NCBI RefSeq assembly: GCF_001194135.2
Contig: NC_069002.1
Location: 33,178,388-33,239,659 of the forward strand
From: Octopus bimaculoides
Taxonomy: Eukaryota
Reading direction: 5' to 3'
DNA length: 61,272 nt
The notes below the pieces were generated by a model. That model was not told where the DNA came from, did no database searches, and saw only the letters and a program-made list of their open reading frames with translations. Shown here in pieces: positions 37,818 to 51,866 of this stretch (position 1 is its first letter; each line of letters opens with the position of its first letter). The position numbers and the translations under genes were made by a program.

Positions 37818-39286
37818 CAGCAGCAGCAGTAGTAGTAGTAGAAATGGAAAATAAGACATTTAAATATTTTAAATATATTAAAATAACAGAACAGAAAGAA
37901 ACAGAGGAGTCAAGCATATATATGAAAATATTACTGTTTAATTGAGAATGTGAATAAGGCAGAAATACGTTTATTTGAATATTTTTATATTTTTTTCAAT
38001 TTAAAAATTACAAATATTCGGACCAGTAATCAATCTTGCATCACATCACCTTCTATAAAATGCTGAAGTGAACAATAAGTCACACATGGCTAGTACTTTT
38101 GTTAGGCATCCCTAATCAACCTCAACATACTATATTTCAGGAAGCTTTCCTATCACATCACAGCATACACCCCTACTCTATCCGTTCCCCCTCTCACAAA
38201 ACTATCCACCCCTTCTCTCTCTCTCTGAGTTCTTCACTGAGAAATTAGTCATGCACTCTGTATTTGTATGGTCGAAATAATATATATATATATATATATA
38301 TANNNNNNNNNNNNNNNNNNNNNNNNNNNNNNNNNNNNNNNNNNNNNNNNNNNNNNNNNNNNNNNNNNNNNNNNNNNNNNNNNNNNNNNNNNNNNNNNNN
38401 NNNNNNNNNNNNNNNNNNNNNNNNNNNNNNNNNNNNNNNNNNNNNNNNNNNNNNNNNNNNNNNNNNNNNNNNNNNNNNNNNNNNNNNNNNNNNNNNNNNN
38501 NNNNNNNNNNNNNNNNNNNNNNNNNNNNNNNNNNNNNNNNNNNNNNNNNNNNNNNNNNNNNNNNNNNNNNNNNNNNNNNNNNNNNNNNNNNNNNNNNNNN
38601 NNNNNNNNNNNNNNNNNNNNNNNNNNNNNNNNNNNNNNNNNNNNNNNNNNNNNNNNNNNNNNNNNNNNNNNNNNNNNNNNNNNNNNNNNNNNNNNNNNNN
38701 NNNNNNNNNNNNNNNNNNNNNNNNNNNNNNNNNNNNNNNNNNNNNNNNNNNNNNNNNNNNNNNNNNNNNNNNNNNNNNNNNNNNNNNNNNNNNNNNNNNN
38801 NNNNNNNNNNNNNNNNNNNNNNNNNNNNNNNNNNNNNNNNNNNNNNNNNNNNNNNNNNNNNNNNNNNNNNNNNNNNNNNNNNNNNNNNNNNNNNNNNNNN
38901 NNNNNNNNNNNNNNNNNNNNNNNNNNNNNNNNNNNNNNNNNNNNNNNNNNNNNNNNNNNNNNNNNNNNNNNNNNNNNNNNNNNNNNNNNNNNNNNNNNNN
39001 NNNNNNNNNNNNNNNNNNNNNNNNNNNNNNNNNNNNNNNNNNNNNNNNNNNNNNNNNNNNNNNNNNNNNNNNNNNNNNNNNNNNNNNNNNNNNNNNNNNN
39101 NNNNNNNNNNNNNNNNNNNNNNNNNNNNNNNNNNNNNNNNNNNNNNNNNNNNNNNNNNNAACGTATATATATATTTACTTATAAATACGTATACGCGTAC
39201 GTAAACGTATATATATATTTATTTATTCACAAGCATCCATATATTCGTATATATACATATACATACACACACACACACACACATGC

Positions 39287-39317
<31 letters not shown>

Positions 39318-41039
39318 CGTGTGTAAATATCTATGCCTGTATGCATTTATATTGAATATCTCTATGTGCGCATGTGTGAGTCTGTGTGTGTGTGTGTGTA
39401 TTATTATTTTCCTCTCATACACACTGTGACCTCTACATACGCATATATATGACTGGATAAATAAATCAGTTAATAATGTTAAGATTATTGAAATATGAAT
39501 CCAGTATTACTAATAATAATAATCCGAATAAAACATGAAAGAAAAGAAATATCGTTTTTCTTTTAGTTGTTTTTATGTTATCATGCAAGTCGGCTGAGCT
39601 ACTGACTGACTCAGTTGTGTTCGTAATGTTACTGTTAACGTGAAATATAGCGCTTATGATTTTTGGTAATCTTAATACCGATCATTAGACTACAGTCTTC
39701 AATAATGTACTATTCCATCAATTGAAATATCGTCCTTATAATCATGATCCGATCATCGTGGACATTTCACAACGTGGTTTCATTTGAATTCTATAAACGA
39801 ACAATGTAAAAGACAGCGGCTGAACAAGAACTTGTGTTCTCTATGCTAAAGGCGATGTTAAATTTGTGGGGCTTCCTGATTGTTTCTAGAAAGTGCTTTC
39901 CCGTATGCGAAGACACTGACCATGTTTTCAGCATGGTTTGATTACTATGTATACATTCCATGTCATCTTCTCCTCTTCTCTTCTCCCTATTTGTCATTCG
40001 TCCTTTTATGCAAAATTCCACTCAATCAGATGCTGCCCCTATTCATAGATTATAGTTGTATACACGCTGGTAAGCCTTTATCATTACTAGATGATATCTT
40101 CTAGTCATTTGCTGCCATCAATTTCCTCTAAAGCTGGTCTCAGCTGTTTTTCTTTTCTTTTCAGTTAAGGGTTTCGATATCACGTCACTAGCTGGTGTGT
40201 GTGTCAACAGATTTTGATGCGACCTTGTCGGGTAATGAAATACAACGTCAGGTGTGAGACGCTGTGATAAATAAACGATACGTTCCAGCAGCGGATCCAA
40301 TTTGCAAGATTGCGGATGCGAGGAAGACTTATATTTACTTTTGCTAATTATGTTATGAAAATAAAAAGGCAAAACAAAACAAAACAAAAAATAAAAAAGT
40401 ACAAATCAAAAATCGTAGAGAAAAAAAAAACAGCAGCAATTATTTTAATCAGAAGAATGTATTTTGACTTTCAACTTAATGAACAAAATGTTGCAGGGAA
40501 ACACTAATTAACTCTCAAGTCTAAACACATTTTACAGTCTATATAATTATGTTTGGCACATGAAAACAGTAACTTGTTTGCATTTACTTACAGATTAAAC
40601 CATCAGCTTAGAAGACATAATTGTTTGAATGTTTTATGCTAGTGCGAGTTTATGTATGTGTGCGCGGGTGTGTGAGTATGCGTGTGTGAGTATGCGTGTG
40701 TGAGTATGCGTGTGTTCGTGTAGATGTGTGTGCGGTTTGTTTGTTGTTGTTTATCATATTAAATTATATCGTGCAACATCTCTGAACCCTGTGTTATTGT
40801 TTTTTTTTTATTTACCGTTTCTCTTTTTGGTATTCTTTCTGTACTTCATTCGTGTACTTGTGGTGTTTCATGTGTTGTGGTGCTGAGACGGTAGAGTGCA
40901 GCACTTAAATAGTTGGATTTCTACATCCCTGCTTTCTTTTGGAAAACTTAATTAGTTTATATATTTGTGATGTGCAATTGTGTATATGTGTGTGTGTATG
41001 TAGAGGACATATAATATAATAATTACTTTTTTTTTCCAG

Positions 41040-41097
41040 ATATTTCTTTTCGACTGTAAATGCAGAAGATTTTCTTGTTACAATAGTCAAGCCCCAG
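41040..41097 (+). CDS. Candidate 58-bp internal exon, product unknown (strongest splice signals in the window)
   Basis: acttttttttttccag| acceptor and CAG|gtaaga donor. Open frames (x)YFFSTVNAEDFLVTIVKPQ or IFLFDCKCRRFSCYNSQAP. Confidence 0.35.
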
Positions 41098-42984
41098 GTA
41101 AGATCGACAACATATATTTGATCAAAAGATGTCCCAATTCCCGAATGTTCCGTCTAATCCTCTTACAATCTATAAACCGCTTTTCTCTTTTGGTAAAGTT
41201 CAATGTAATTCAACTACTAGTTAATAATTCAGCCTGTTTTGCAGAAATTATGGCATAGTTGCATTATACGATCACTGAAGGCGCGTGTTTTTTTACCTAT
41301 CATATCGACTCCCCACTGTGTGAGCTAAGATCCGGGTTTTTTAAACAGTTGCGAAATGATAGGATAAATGAACGCATGTGGTCTGAATGAGGGCATCATG
41401 TAATTTTTATATAATTTCACGAAAAATTGTGGAGTTATTTTTATGTTAGGTCTTAGATACATAATGTACTAAAAGTCGTGATATTATCCATAATTCCGGT
41501 ATAGAGTACCTACAAGATTTGAAATTTTCATTGACACAAGCATGACAAGGAATATCCGAGAAACGCTGCTACTATTAAAAGCGTTGAAAAATGCCGTCAT
41601 ACAAAACATTTAGGGGGCTTATCGACTTTACTGAAACAGATAAAAGTTTAATATCATTAGCTGTCATAACACCACCATTGCGCATGTTTCACTGACCACG
41701 TGGTTTATGCTCCGCACCTTATTAAAAGTGTTCTTGTGCGGAATCGAAAACGGTGAACAAGACGCATTTGTCATTGAAAGCAGCGGAAGTGAAATGATTG
41801 GCAAAACTACAACTGTAATAAAAAGCGGGTTGCAGAGGAATTTGTCGTTGGAATAAACTGTTCTGTGGACCCTAAGCGGAATTCAAACTGTTAAGTTCTA
41901 TGTCGACATTCCATAAAGTAATGATTGTTCCTCGAGAGAGTGGATTTGTTAGAGTTGGAATAAACATTCGGCCGTTTGATGGAAGATGATAATGAAACAA
42001 GGAAGCACTTATGATAAAGCAGCCAGTTTTGAAGTATTTGTGAATATTAGTCAGAAAGGTTACCAAAAATTGAAAACATGTAAAATGCATGTTATAATAT
42101 ATTGAAATAAAATTACAAAGTTCGCGGATCTGTCTGCAAATATTCTCATTCGTAACAGATTAAGTGTTTAATACTCATGACATAATTATTTTGAGGTATT
42201 GTAATACTGCGTTCTCTATATCTGTTGTGTCACTGACTTCAGGACTTAAGGCTGCCAGCGACTGATTAAGTATGATTAGATGAGTAAATGGAGGTGACAG
42301 CCTTTAATAAATTTTCTGTGGTAGGCAAACGCTCACGTAATCGCTGTCAGAGACGTATCTTTATAATCTTTGAGGATAAATACCTCCTACCCAGGAAATA
42401 AAGCATGGATCTCAATGTGACATTTTCGTCTGATTGTCTTTATAAATATTTTACATTAACAGGTTATAAACACTTGAGGAAATATGGCCTGGAGGCCAAA
42501 TAGAATAATTTGTTATTCGTCGATGTCTAATCCTTTAAGAGATGTTTCAATAATTTATGTCTATCCTTGATATTCCCTGCGGGTTCTGACCAAGAATTCC
42601 TTGCACCATTATGAATACGTTGTGAAAGAATGTTGGTTAAAATGAGCAAATGCCTGGGTGTGAAAGCCTTCAAAAATGCATTTCCTGCGAAGATTTCCGT
42701 ATATGTATTTTGAGATACATAAGATGGAATTATTAAAAACACCATCGATCTTGTCTGATAACGTTTTGTTCTGCAATTATGTTCAATGGTGGGGATAGAG
42801 ATAATGATGGATTGGGATGCCATGAGCCCCAACCCCCCCAAAAAAAACAATGCAATCAGACCTTATAAATGCCAAGATTATTCAATCAGTAAATACAAAT
42901 GTATTGATTGTATCAAAGACTGTGACACTTCAGCTGTTAATTCTGTGAACGGAGAAATATCCGAAAAGAGTTTTCAGCTTACAT

Positions 42985-43749
42985 GATCCTAAAAGTGAAG
43001 AAAATGATGATGAGGATAAGGGCGGCTGTGACGATGATAATGAGAATGAATCTCATGGATAATGATGAGGACAACGACGAAGATAATGAAGATGACGGTG
43101 ATGATGATGATGAGGAGGAGGAGGAGGATGACGGTGATGATGACGACGTTGACAATGATGATGATGATGATGACGACGATGACGATACTGAAGTTGGTGA
43201 AGCTAACAATAACGACAACGATCAAGGTGATGCTGATATTTGGAATGGTGATGACATTACTTACACTGAAAATGCAGACAGCGCAGAGGGAGTATGCGTA
43301 ATTAGCTCATTAAAGAACTAGAACAGTTAGCGTTCATCATAGAAAAAAGAATAAAAGCAGATTTTTGGAAAACAAACATAAGCACCAGACGAGGAAGAAA
43401 TTCCATTTATGAAAAAAATCAGCTGTGAGTGATGAATCAAATAAAATACCAAATCATAGTGTTTTATGGTTTACTCAATCTCGTTGTGTCAGCAGTGATG
43501 ACAATCCTTTCTGGCACAGCAATAGTATGTATGAAATGGATCAATATTACATCTATATGACATTCAGCATCATCAATACAGAGTTTATATATAATCATTT
43601 TTATAATTATATAAAACTGTCAGTTCATGTTACACACAGTTTCAAAGTCTGTTGCTGGCACGCTCTCCTATCGCGATGCACTTAATTGGGTTTGGATTTA
43701 TTAATAATATCAAGAGATCAGTCGGAATATCTGTATCTGTCTGTCTGTA

Positions 43750-43814
<65 letters not shown>

Positions 43815-43881
43815 GTCTGTCTGTCTGTCGGTCTGCATATCTTCTGCCTGCCTGCCAGTCTTCTGCCTTTCTATATGCCTG

Positions 43882-43928
<47 letters not shown>

Positions 43929-44109
43929 GTCTGTCTGCCTGTCTGTCTGTCTGTCTGTCTGTCTGCCTGCCTGCCTGCCTGCCGGTCTATCCGTCGTCTG
44001 GAAAGTGTTTCATGTTCGAAAGACAAGGTTAGGATTGGGAGAATTCGAGCTCAATGTATGGTTTAATGTCTATAATATTTACCGTTGTCCAATTTACATT
44101 CCATGATCG

Positions 44110-44145
<36 letters not shown>

Positions 44146-44595
44146 CGACGGTAACGACGACGGCGATGACGACCACGACGATAATAATGATGTAATATTG
44201 TGGAAGATGTTTTGTTGCAGTGGTGGTTGGCATGAAAAGGATTTCATATTGATATTGGTCACGATAATAATGACGAATAACATGATGAAAGTCACGATCA
44301 AGTTCATAATGATGATAATGCTGATGAAGATGATGATGATGAGCTTAATGATGAGGATGAGGATAATGATGGTGACGGTGAGGTTGATGAATATGATGGC
44401 GATGATAATGATGATGCTGAATGTGACGATGATGATGATGATGATTATGATGCCGACGACGATGATTATTGTGATGATGATGATGATCATGGCGATGATG
44501 ATGATGGAGATTATGAGATGTATGGGGATATAGAATGAGGAAGTGGCAAAGCATAATTATGATAATGACAGTGATGATAATGATGACGACGAAGG

Positions 44596-44651
<56 letters not shown>

Positions 44652-44661
44652 GTGATGATGG

Positions 44662-44711
<50 letters not shown>

Positions 44712-44715
44712 ATAG
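42985..44715. repeat. Degenerate (GAT)n blocks (42985-43260, 44105-44715) and (CT)/(TA)/(CTAT)/(CTGT) compound repeat (43735-43985)
   Basis: Directly visible. Confidence 0.9.
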
Positions 44716-45596
44716 AAAATAACGATAAACGTAAAACATTTGTACAAAAACCAGCGTAGCACTGTTAAATACCTTTGATGCTGCTATCACAATCGCTACA
44801 AACAAATCGTTTTGTCGCATTTTCGAATATTTGCTGCTGTTTGAAAGCTGCACAGGAATGGTTTTCTACATTTCTTTAATGTTTTTATATGTAATAAATA
44901 AATAAAAAAATGAAATAAGCAATAATAAAATAAACAATATTAAATATCTGAAAAAAAAAACAAAATAGAAAGGAAAAAAAAAAGGAAAAAAAATAGAGGA
45001 AACCGAATCAGATCTAAAATTCCAGAGTAGAATCCATCCGCATTGATGAAATGCGAATCCATTGATCACTAAATTCGTTGACAATCAAGATTAATGGATA
45101 TATATTAAATCAGAAAATATTGAAGGCATTAACACATAAATAAAACAGGTAACGTATAAACAGCATCTATATAATGGTAACAAAAACAAATAAAGAATAA
45201 AAATAAATGTTCCAAAATTCTATCAGAACCAACACCGGCACCACCTCTTCGGTAATGTTTCACTGAAGTTTTCAATTCTAATCCATTTCTTCTGTCAGTT
45301 GGAATAGCGAAGAATACATACTTGATATTATTAATATTAGGTAGAGTCTAAACGTAAAAATATAAAAGAAATTAATAAAAGAGGAAAACAAACGGAAAGC
45401 AAAAAAGGAAAAAAAAACACAAAGAAAACAAACAAATAAATAAATTTAATATGGAATAATTCATGCACATATATACATATAAATATATGCATATATGTAA
45501 GGACATATGTATGTGGACACACATACATGTTTATAATTATATGAAGATATATTTATATATCTGCGTATATGTGTTTCTGTGTATATATATATACAC

Positions 45597-45640
<44 letters not shown>

Positions 45641-46599
45641 ATATATACATATAGACATATATGCATGTACATCTCCCCATTACTTTCGTTATCACCTCCG
45701 TTACCTCCACACTGCGCACACTTCTGTTACCCCGCCACCTCTCGTCAATAAATTTCAATGGTTTTATTTTAGATTAAAATCTTTGAATTTCATAATATGA
45801 ATCTTTGAGAGAAAATTTTCGGTTAAAATTCTGAAGAGGGGGGATGTTTTAATAAAGTAGCCTAGAAATATTAACGTTGAGTATTGCTAAACTCCACTTG
45901 TTATTCAGCGATGATGGTGAAGATGATGATGATGATGTTAGTGGTGGTGTTTGTTGTGGTGATGATGACGTTGATGATGATGATGATAATCACTGCGGCA
46001 ACAACAACAACAACAATAATAATAATAATAACAAATAAATAAAATGATGCTGATAATGATAATCGAATTGGTGATGATAACGATGGGGATGATGATGATG
46101 ATCATTAAAACGAACATGGTGATATTGAATTAAATATGGATTTTATTGTCATGCTGTTCGGTCAGTAATATTTATACATATACATATATTAATGCATTAA
46201 TATATACACACAGATACCGAGATATACAGACAGGCAGACAAATAGACAGACAGATAGACAGTCAGACATACACACACTGACAGACATATATTTCCATAGC
46301 AAACACACACTTACAGACACGCACGCATATATACACATATTTATGTATGTATGTATGTATGCATGTATGTATGCATGTATGTATGAATGTATCTATATGA
46401 ATGCAGCTGTATGTATATCTATTTATATAATCGAGAGTGAAAATACGTACGAGTCTCAAGGGCTGAAATCTTGGTGTATTGCACTTCGATGTCCTAAGTG
46501 CAATGTAGAGAATTGTCTGCCATTGCCTTACATATCAAACCAATAACAAATCCATATTTTTATCTATCTATTCATCTATCAACGTGTATATCTGTATAT

Positions 46600-46790
46600 T
46601 ACTTTTTTTACTTGTTTCAGTCATTTGACTACGGCCATGCTGGAGCACCGCCTTTAGTCGAGGAAATCGACGTGCAGTACTTATTCTTTGTAAGACTCAT
46701 ACTTATTCTGTCGGCGTCTTTTGTGGAACTGCTAAGTTACGGGTACGTAAACATACCAGCATCGGGTTTCAAGCGATGTTGGGGGGGGGC
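46600..46790 (-). mobile_element. SINE family A 3' half
   Basis: cttgtttcagtcatttgact..ccatgctggagcaccgcctttagtcgag..caagcgatgttgggg is the reverse complement of 10668-10845. Confidence 0.85.
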
Positions 46791-46798
46791 AAACATAT

Positions 46799-46831
<33 letters not shown>

Positions 46832-48164
46832 NNNNNNNNNNNNNNNNNNNNNNNNNNNNNNNNNNNNNNNNNNNNNNNNNNNNNNNNNNNNNNNNNNNNN
46901 NNNNNNNNNNNNNNNNNNNNNNNNNNNNNNNNNNNNNNNNNNNNNNNNNNNNNNNNNNNNNNNNNNNNNNNNNNNNNNNNNNNNNNNNNNNNNNNNNNNN
47001 NNNNNNNNNNNNNNNNNNNNNNNNNNNNNNNNNNNNNNNNNNNNNNNNNNNNNNNNNNNNNNNNNNNNNNNNNNNNNNNNNNNNNNNNNNNNNNNNNNNN
47101 NNNNNNNNNNNNNNNNNNNNNNNNNNNNNNNNNNNNNNNNNNNNNNNNNNNNNNNNNNNNNNNNNNNNNNNNNNNNNNNNNNNNNNNNNNNNNNNNNNNN
47201 NNNNNNNNNNNNNNNNNNNNNNNNNNNNNNNNNNNNNNNNNNNNNNNNNNNNNNNNNNNNNNNNNNNNNNNNNNNNNNNNNNNNNNNNNNNNNNNNNNNN
47301 NNNNNNNNNNNNNNNNNNNNNNNNNNNNNNNNNNNNNNNNNNNNNNNNNNNNNNNNNNNNNNNNNNNNNNNNNNNNNNNNNNNNNNNNNNNNNNNNNNNN
47401 NNNNNNNNNNNNNNNNNNNNNNNNNNNNNNNNNNNNNNNNNNTATATATATATATTTATATATATATATATATATATATACATATATGAAGTAACGACTT
47501 TTTGCCAAACTAATGTAGCAGTCCCATTTTGGGGCGAATCCTACTGTTGTTTAGCCCCAAGAGACATCGTCTCCAGCTGACTATATGACACACGACCTAT
47601 GTCCTTATATTTTAGAACGGGGGAGGTTAGTATGTCGGAACGTGGAACTCCTCTAATGCCACCACAAGATTTTAACTTCTAGCCGTTTGTTTAACATCTT
47701 CCACTGCTCTCTTAGGTATATTCTATTCCAGTATTGGTGTAATTCACATACATGGTGCAAAATTGTCTAAACAGATTTTCATTGTTGAAGTAAGTGTTAT
47801 CTCTGTCACCTAATGCACAAGAGAGGACATAAAAAGAATCTCGGTAGAATACCTTGAAGACCAGTCTACTTAGAAATATCTCGAAAGATATTGCTCTCAG
47901 TTACCGAGTACGGTGTAGTTTAGATTGCAACACTCTGAATAAAATATAACCCGAAAATATAATGATTGGAAACTGAAGTTTGGCAGACTGCACGGAAATC
48001 AAGGGTTCCGTGGGGTTCTGATTCTTCTATAACATGCCTTCAGAGAAACCGCAGATTTTAAAGCTATATTGGTTAAACAAAACACTTCAACAACCATAAA
48101 GCATTTAACGTCTAAAGAGTCACGTGAGAAATCAAGTACGTACATTAGTAATTCTTTTCTACAG

Positions 48165-48233
48165 GAACTGTTTAGAATTTTGTACTGACGACACTTTATT
48201 AGATCTTCCGTTAGGTTGTGAGCCAAACATGCA
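48165..48233 (+). CDS. Candidate 69-bp symmetric (phase 2-2) exon, product unknown
   Basis: attcttttctacag| acceptor and GCA|gtgagt donor. The only open frame is (x)NCLEFCTDDTLLDLPLGCEPNM(x). Confidence 0.25.
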
Positions 48234-49268
48234 GTGAGTCAGTTCCTGATTAGAAACAAATGAGGTATGCTTGTGTGTGAATATTTGTGATTGTATGTAT
48301 GTGTGTATATTAGCTTATCACTGATAATATACGCGTGTACTTGTCCAAGTACATTTGTGTAGAAAAACGTGCGGTTCGGTTTATCGGCGTATTGCAATAT
48401 GTCATTTAGTTATGTAAATTATATAAACAAATAGGAAAGTAAATGAATAATTGAATGTGGCCGATCATAAAACGATATAGCAAACAAACAACAAAATATT
48501 CCGCATCATCAATATCATCGTTAATACTAAGATCGGCATCAACGTCGACGGAATTCCATTACCAACAGCAAGAACAAAAAAAAAAAAAGAAAAGAAGGAT
48601 GCCATATTTAATATTCTCTACTACCGAAACTACCGCATCGGCAGCAACAATAATTGCAGCATTGTCGAATTCCAAAGCATATTTTAAAACAGCAAAACAT
48701 TACCACCACCACCCCACCATCAAAACCACCACCACCATCATCACCATCACCACCAGCACCACCGCCACCAACACCACCACCACCACCAACAAAAACAACA
48801 ACATCAGCAGCAACAACNNNNNNNNNNNNNNNNNNNNNNNNNNNNNNNNNNNNNNNNNNNNNNNNNNNNNNNNNNNNNNNNNNNNNNNNNNNNNNNNNNN
48901 NNNNNNNNNNNNNNNNNNNNNNNNNNNNNNNNNNNNNNNNNNNNNNNNNNNNNNNNNNNNNNNNNNNNNNNNNNNNNNNNNNNNNNNNNNNNNNNNNNNN
49001 NNNNNNNNNNNNNNNNNNNNNNNNNNNNNNNNNNNNNNNNNNNNNNNNNNNNNNNNNNNNNNNNNNNNNNNNNNNNNNNNNNNNNNNNNNNNNNNNNNNN
49101 NNNNNNNNNNNNNNNNNNNNNNNNNNNNNNNNNNNNNNNNNNNNNNNNNNNNNNNNNNNNNNNNNNNNNNNTACTACCACCGCTCCCAGCACAACCTCCA
49201 CGAATTACTACAAACAGCATGTCTGACAATGGCAGCTGCTACCACCACTATCCCTACCGCTACCTCCA

Positions 49269-49627
49269 TCTCTGATCACGAGCAGAAGTTGTGGGGGCGC
49301 ACCATAGCCATGTGTTGAGAGGAAATATTTGGAGCTTCATTAATTCACCTCTGGAAACATGGATGTTTCGTTCAACATCCTTAAACAACTCCTATTCAGT
49401 GACCTTTTGAATATGTTGGGCTACTCGACTTGAAGAAAATTCAAACTGGGCCCCACTTTCCAGGTCATGCGCTGTTTACCTTGATAAAAGGTGACCATAT
49501 TGCGCACATATCATTGTGATACCTGTGCCTGGTGTACTCTTATCAGACGGGTAGTCATGATGGGTATAACGGGCTTCGTATAGTTTAAGCCAGATTCACT
49601 TTGATGGCATGCACTGCTCTCTCACTC
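49269..49627 (+). mobile_element. Probable retroposon 3' region ending in (TAA)n
   Basis: Higher-GC block between microsatellites, ending ctctctcactc|AATAATAAT. It resembles a dispersed octopus repeat (from recall, unverified). Orientation inferred from the tail. Confidence 0.4.
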
Positions 49628-49689
49628 AATAATAATAATGATAATAAAATTAATAATAATAATAATAATAATAATAACAATAATAATCT

Positions 49690-49875
49690 TTTCGGTTATA
49701 GGTACACAGCCTGAAATTTTGGCGGGAGGGAACCAGTCGGTTTCATTGATCCTTAGTATTTAACTGGTATTTAATTCATCGATTACGAAAGGCTGAAAGG
49801 GAAGATCGACCTCGGCGGAATTTGAACTCGGCTGACAAAATACTGCTAAACATTTCTCCCGGCGTGCTAACAATC
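49690..49875 (-). mobile_element. SINE family B, near full length
   Basis: Reverse complement ggcggcgagctggcaggattgttagcacgccggg..gagttcaaattccgccgaggtcga is colinear with 17200. Confidence 0.8.
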
Positions 49876-49896
49876 CTGCCAGCTCGCCGCCTTTAA

Positions 49897-49951
<55 letters not shown>

Positions 49952-49955
49952 GCTG

Positions 49956-49997
<42 letters not shown>

Positions 49998-50483
49998 ATA
50001 ATAATAATAATAATGATGATGATAATAATAATAATACAAGAAGAGGAAGGAGAAAAAAGAGGGGAAGAAAAAAGTAATATTAATAACAATAACCACAGCA
50101 ACAACAACAATAACAAAATGGAAGATCGTCCCCGCCATCAACAGCAATACTAGGAACCACTCCACCGATACCTACAACGCAATTGCTCCAGCACCGCCAC
50201 CGACACGCTTATTAAAACTATTACAACCATCAACATCCCCGATATCATCGCACTCTTCAATAACAACAATGATGGCAAGCATATTAACAACAGCAACAGC
50301 AACACCACCGCCACCACCACCAACAACAACAGTAACACTGACTACACGCTATGTAACAGATAAAAATCAAATGGTTGAAACATTAAAATGCAAAATAAGG
50401 GAAATAAAGAAAAGACAATTTGGTCATGTGATTTCAAAAATTTAGCTGATTTCATAAACCCACCCCTCCTTCATAACATTGTA

Positions 50484-50540
<57 letters not shown>

Positions 50541-50542
50541 CA

Positions 50543-50583
<41 letters not shown>

Positions 50584-50845
50584 GTTGTTGTTATTATTAT
50601 TATTATTAATATTGGTGGTGTTGTTCTTCTTATTCTTATTATTACTATCTTTATTATTATCATTATTATTATCGCTATTATTTTCAATCTTATATTCATT
50701 ATTTTTTTCTATTAATATTATTACTATAAATACGATATACATTCTTGTACATATTATTATTAGTATTTCTAATATTATCATTATTATCATTGATATTATT
50801 ATCAGCATTATTTTTATTAATGTGTTGATGTTATTATCATTATCA

Positions 50846-50895
<50 letters not shown>

Positions 50896-50941
50896 TTTAT
50901 TATTATTATTATTATTGTTATTATTATTATTATTATTATTA

Positions 50942-51012
<71 letters not shown>

Positions 51013-51038
51013 TTTATTATTATTATTATTATTAATGC

Positions 51039-51092
<54 letters not shown>

Positions 51093-51095
51093 CAA
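49897..51095. repeat. (CTA)n/(TAA)n at 49897-50035, degenerate (AAC/ACC)n at 50090-50340, long (ATT)n at 50480-51095
   Basis: Directly visible. Confidence 0.9.
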
Positions 51096-51460
51096 TAATA
51101 ATGTTCACAACAACAACAATTTTTCAATCTTTGCTGTTGTTATTGCTGTGATTGTGATTTGTTCTTGTTGTCATGATTTAACATTATGATGATTATTGCA
51201 GTTCTATTTGCTGAAAGCACAAATATTTTAAGTACTCGACAACATATGGAACAATATGTAAGAAGGGATTCTTGAGAAATTGGTTAAATATAATTTTCCG
51301 AGTTTTATATATATTTCATTTTAAGTAGTTGTCATTTGTTTGTGCATGCATATTGTTTTCTATCATTTTCTGTGAAGCTTCCTTGGTTGTTAAAATAGCT
51401 TTGATAACTTTCTCTATCATTCTTTCTATCTTTCTCTCGCTCTCTATTCTCTCTCTCTCT

Positions 51461-51628
51461 ACTTCTATCTCACTCTCTCTCTCTACTTCTATCTCACTCT
51501 CTCTCTCTACTTCTATCTCACTCTCTCTCTCTACTTCTATCTCACTCTCTCTCTCTACTTCTATCTCACTCTCTCTCTCTACTTCTATCTCACTCTCTCT
51601 CTCTACTTCTATCTCACTCTCTCTCTCT
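51461..51628. repeat. 24-bp minisatellite (ACTTCTATCTCACTCTCTCTCTCT) x7
   Basis: Units start at 51461, 51485, 51509, 51533, 51557, 51581 and 51605. Confidence 0.95.
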
Positions 51629-51835
51629 CTCTCTCTCTTTGTCGTTTGCTACATCTCTTCTCTGTTTGTCTCCAACTTTCAGGACGCACTCAAAATCTAT
51701 GTATCGTAGCCTCACTTTATTTCTTCATCAGACTATATATGCACGTATGTATGTATGTATGTATGTATGTATGTATGTATCTATATATCTATCTCTCTCT
51801 CTCTATCTCTCTCTCTCTATCTCTCTCTCTATCAA

Positions 51836-51866
<31 letters not shown>

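Noticed and set aside
42983-43321. Asp-rich ORFs (also 1757-2077 and 12527-12856) resembling acidic shell-matrix proteins; Met-rich frames resembling reflectin
   Set aside because: They are decayed (GAT)n repeats, whose Asp frame rarely gains stops. There is no signal peptide and no reflectin repeat motif, and the pattern recurs throughout the window.
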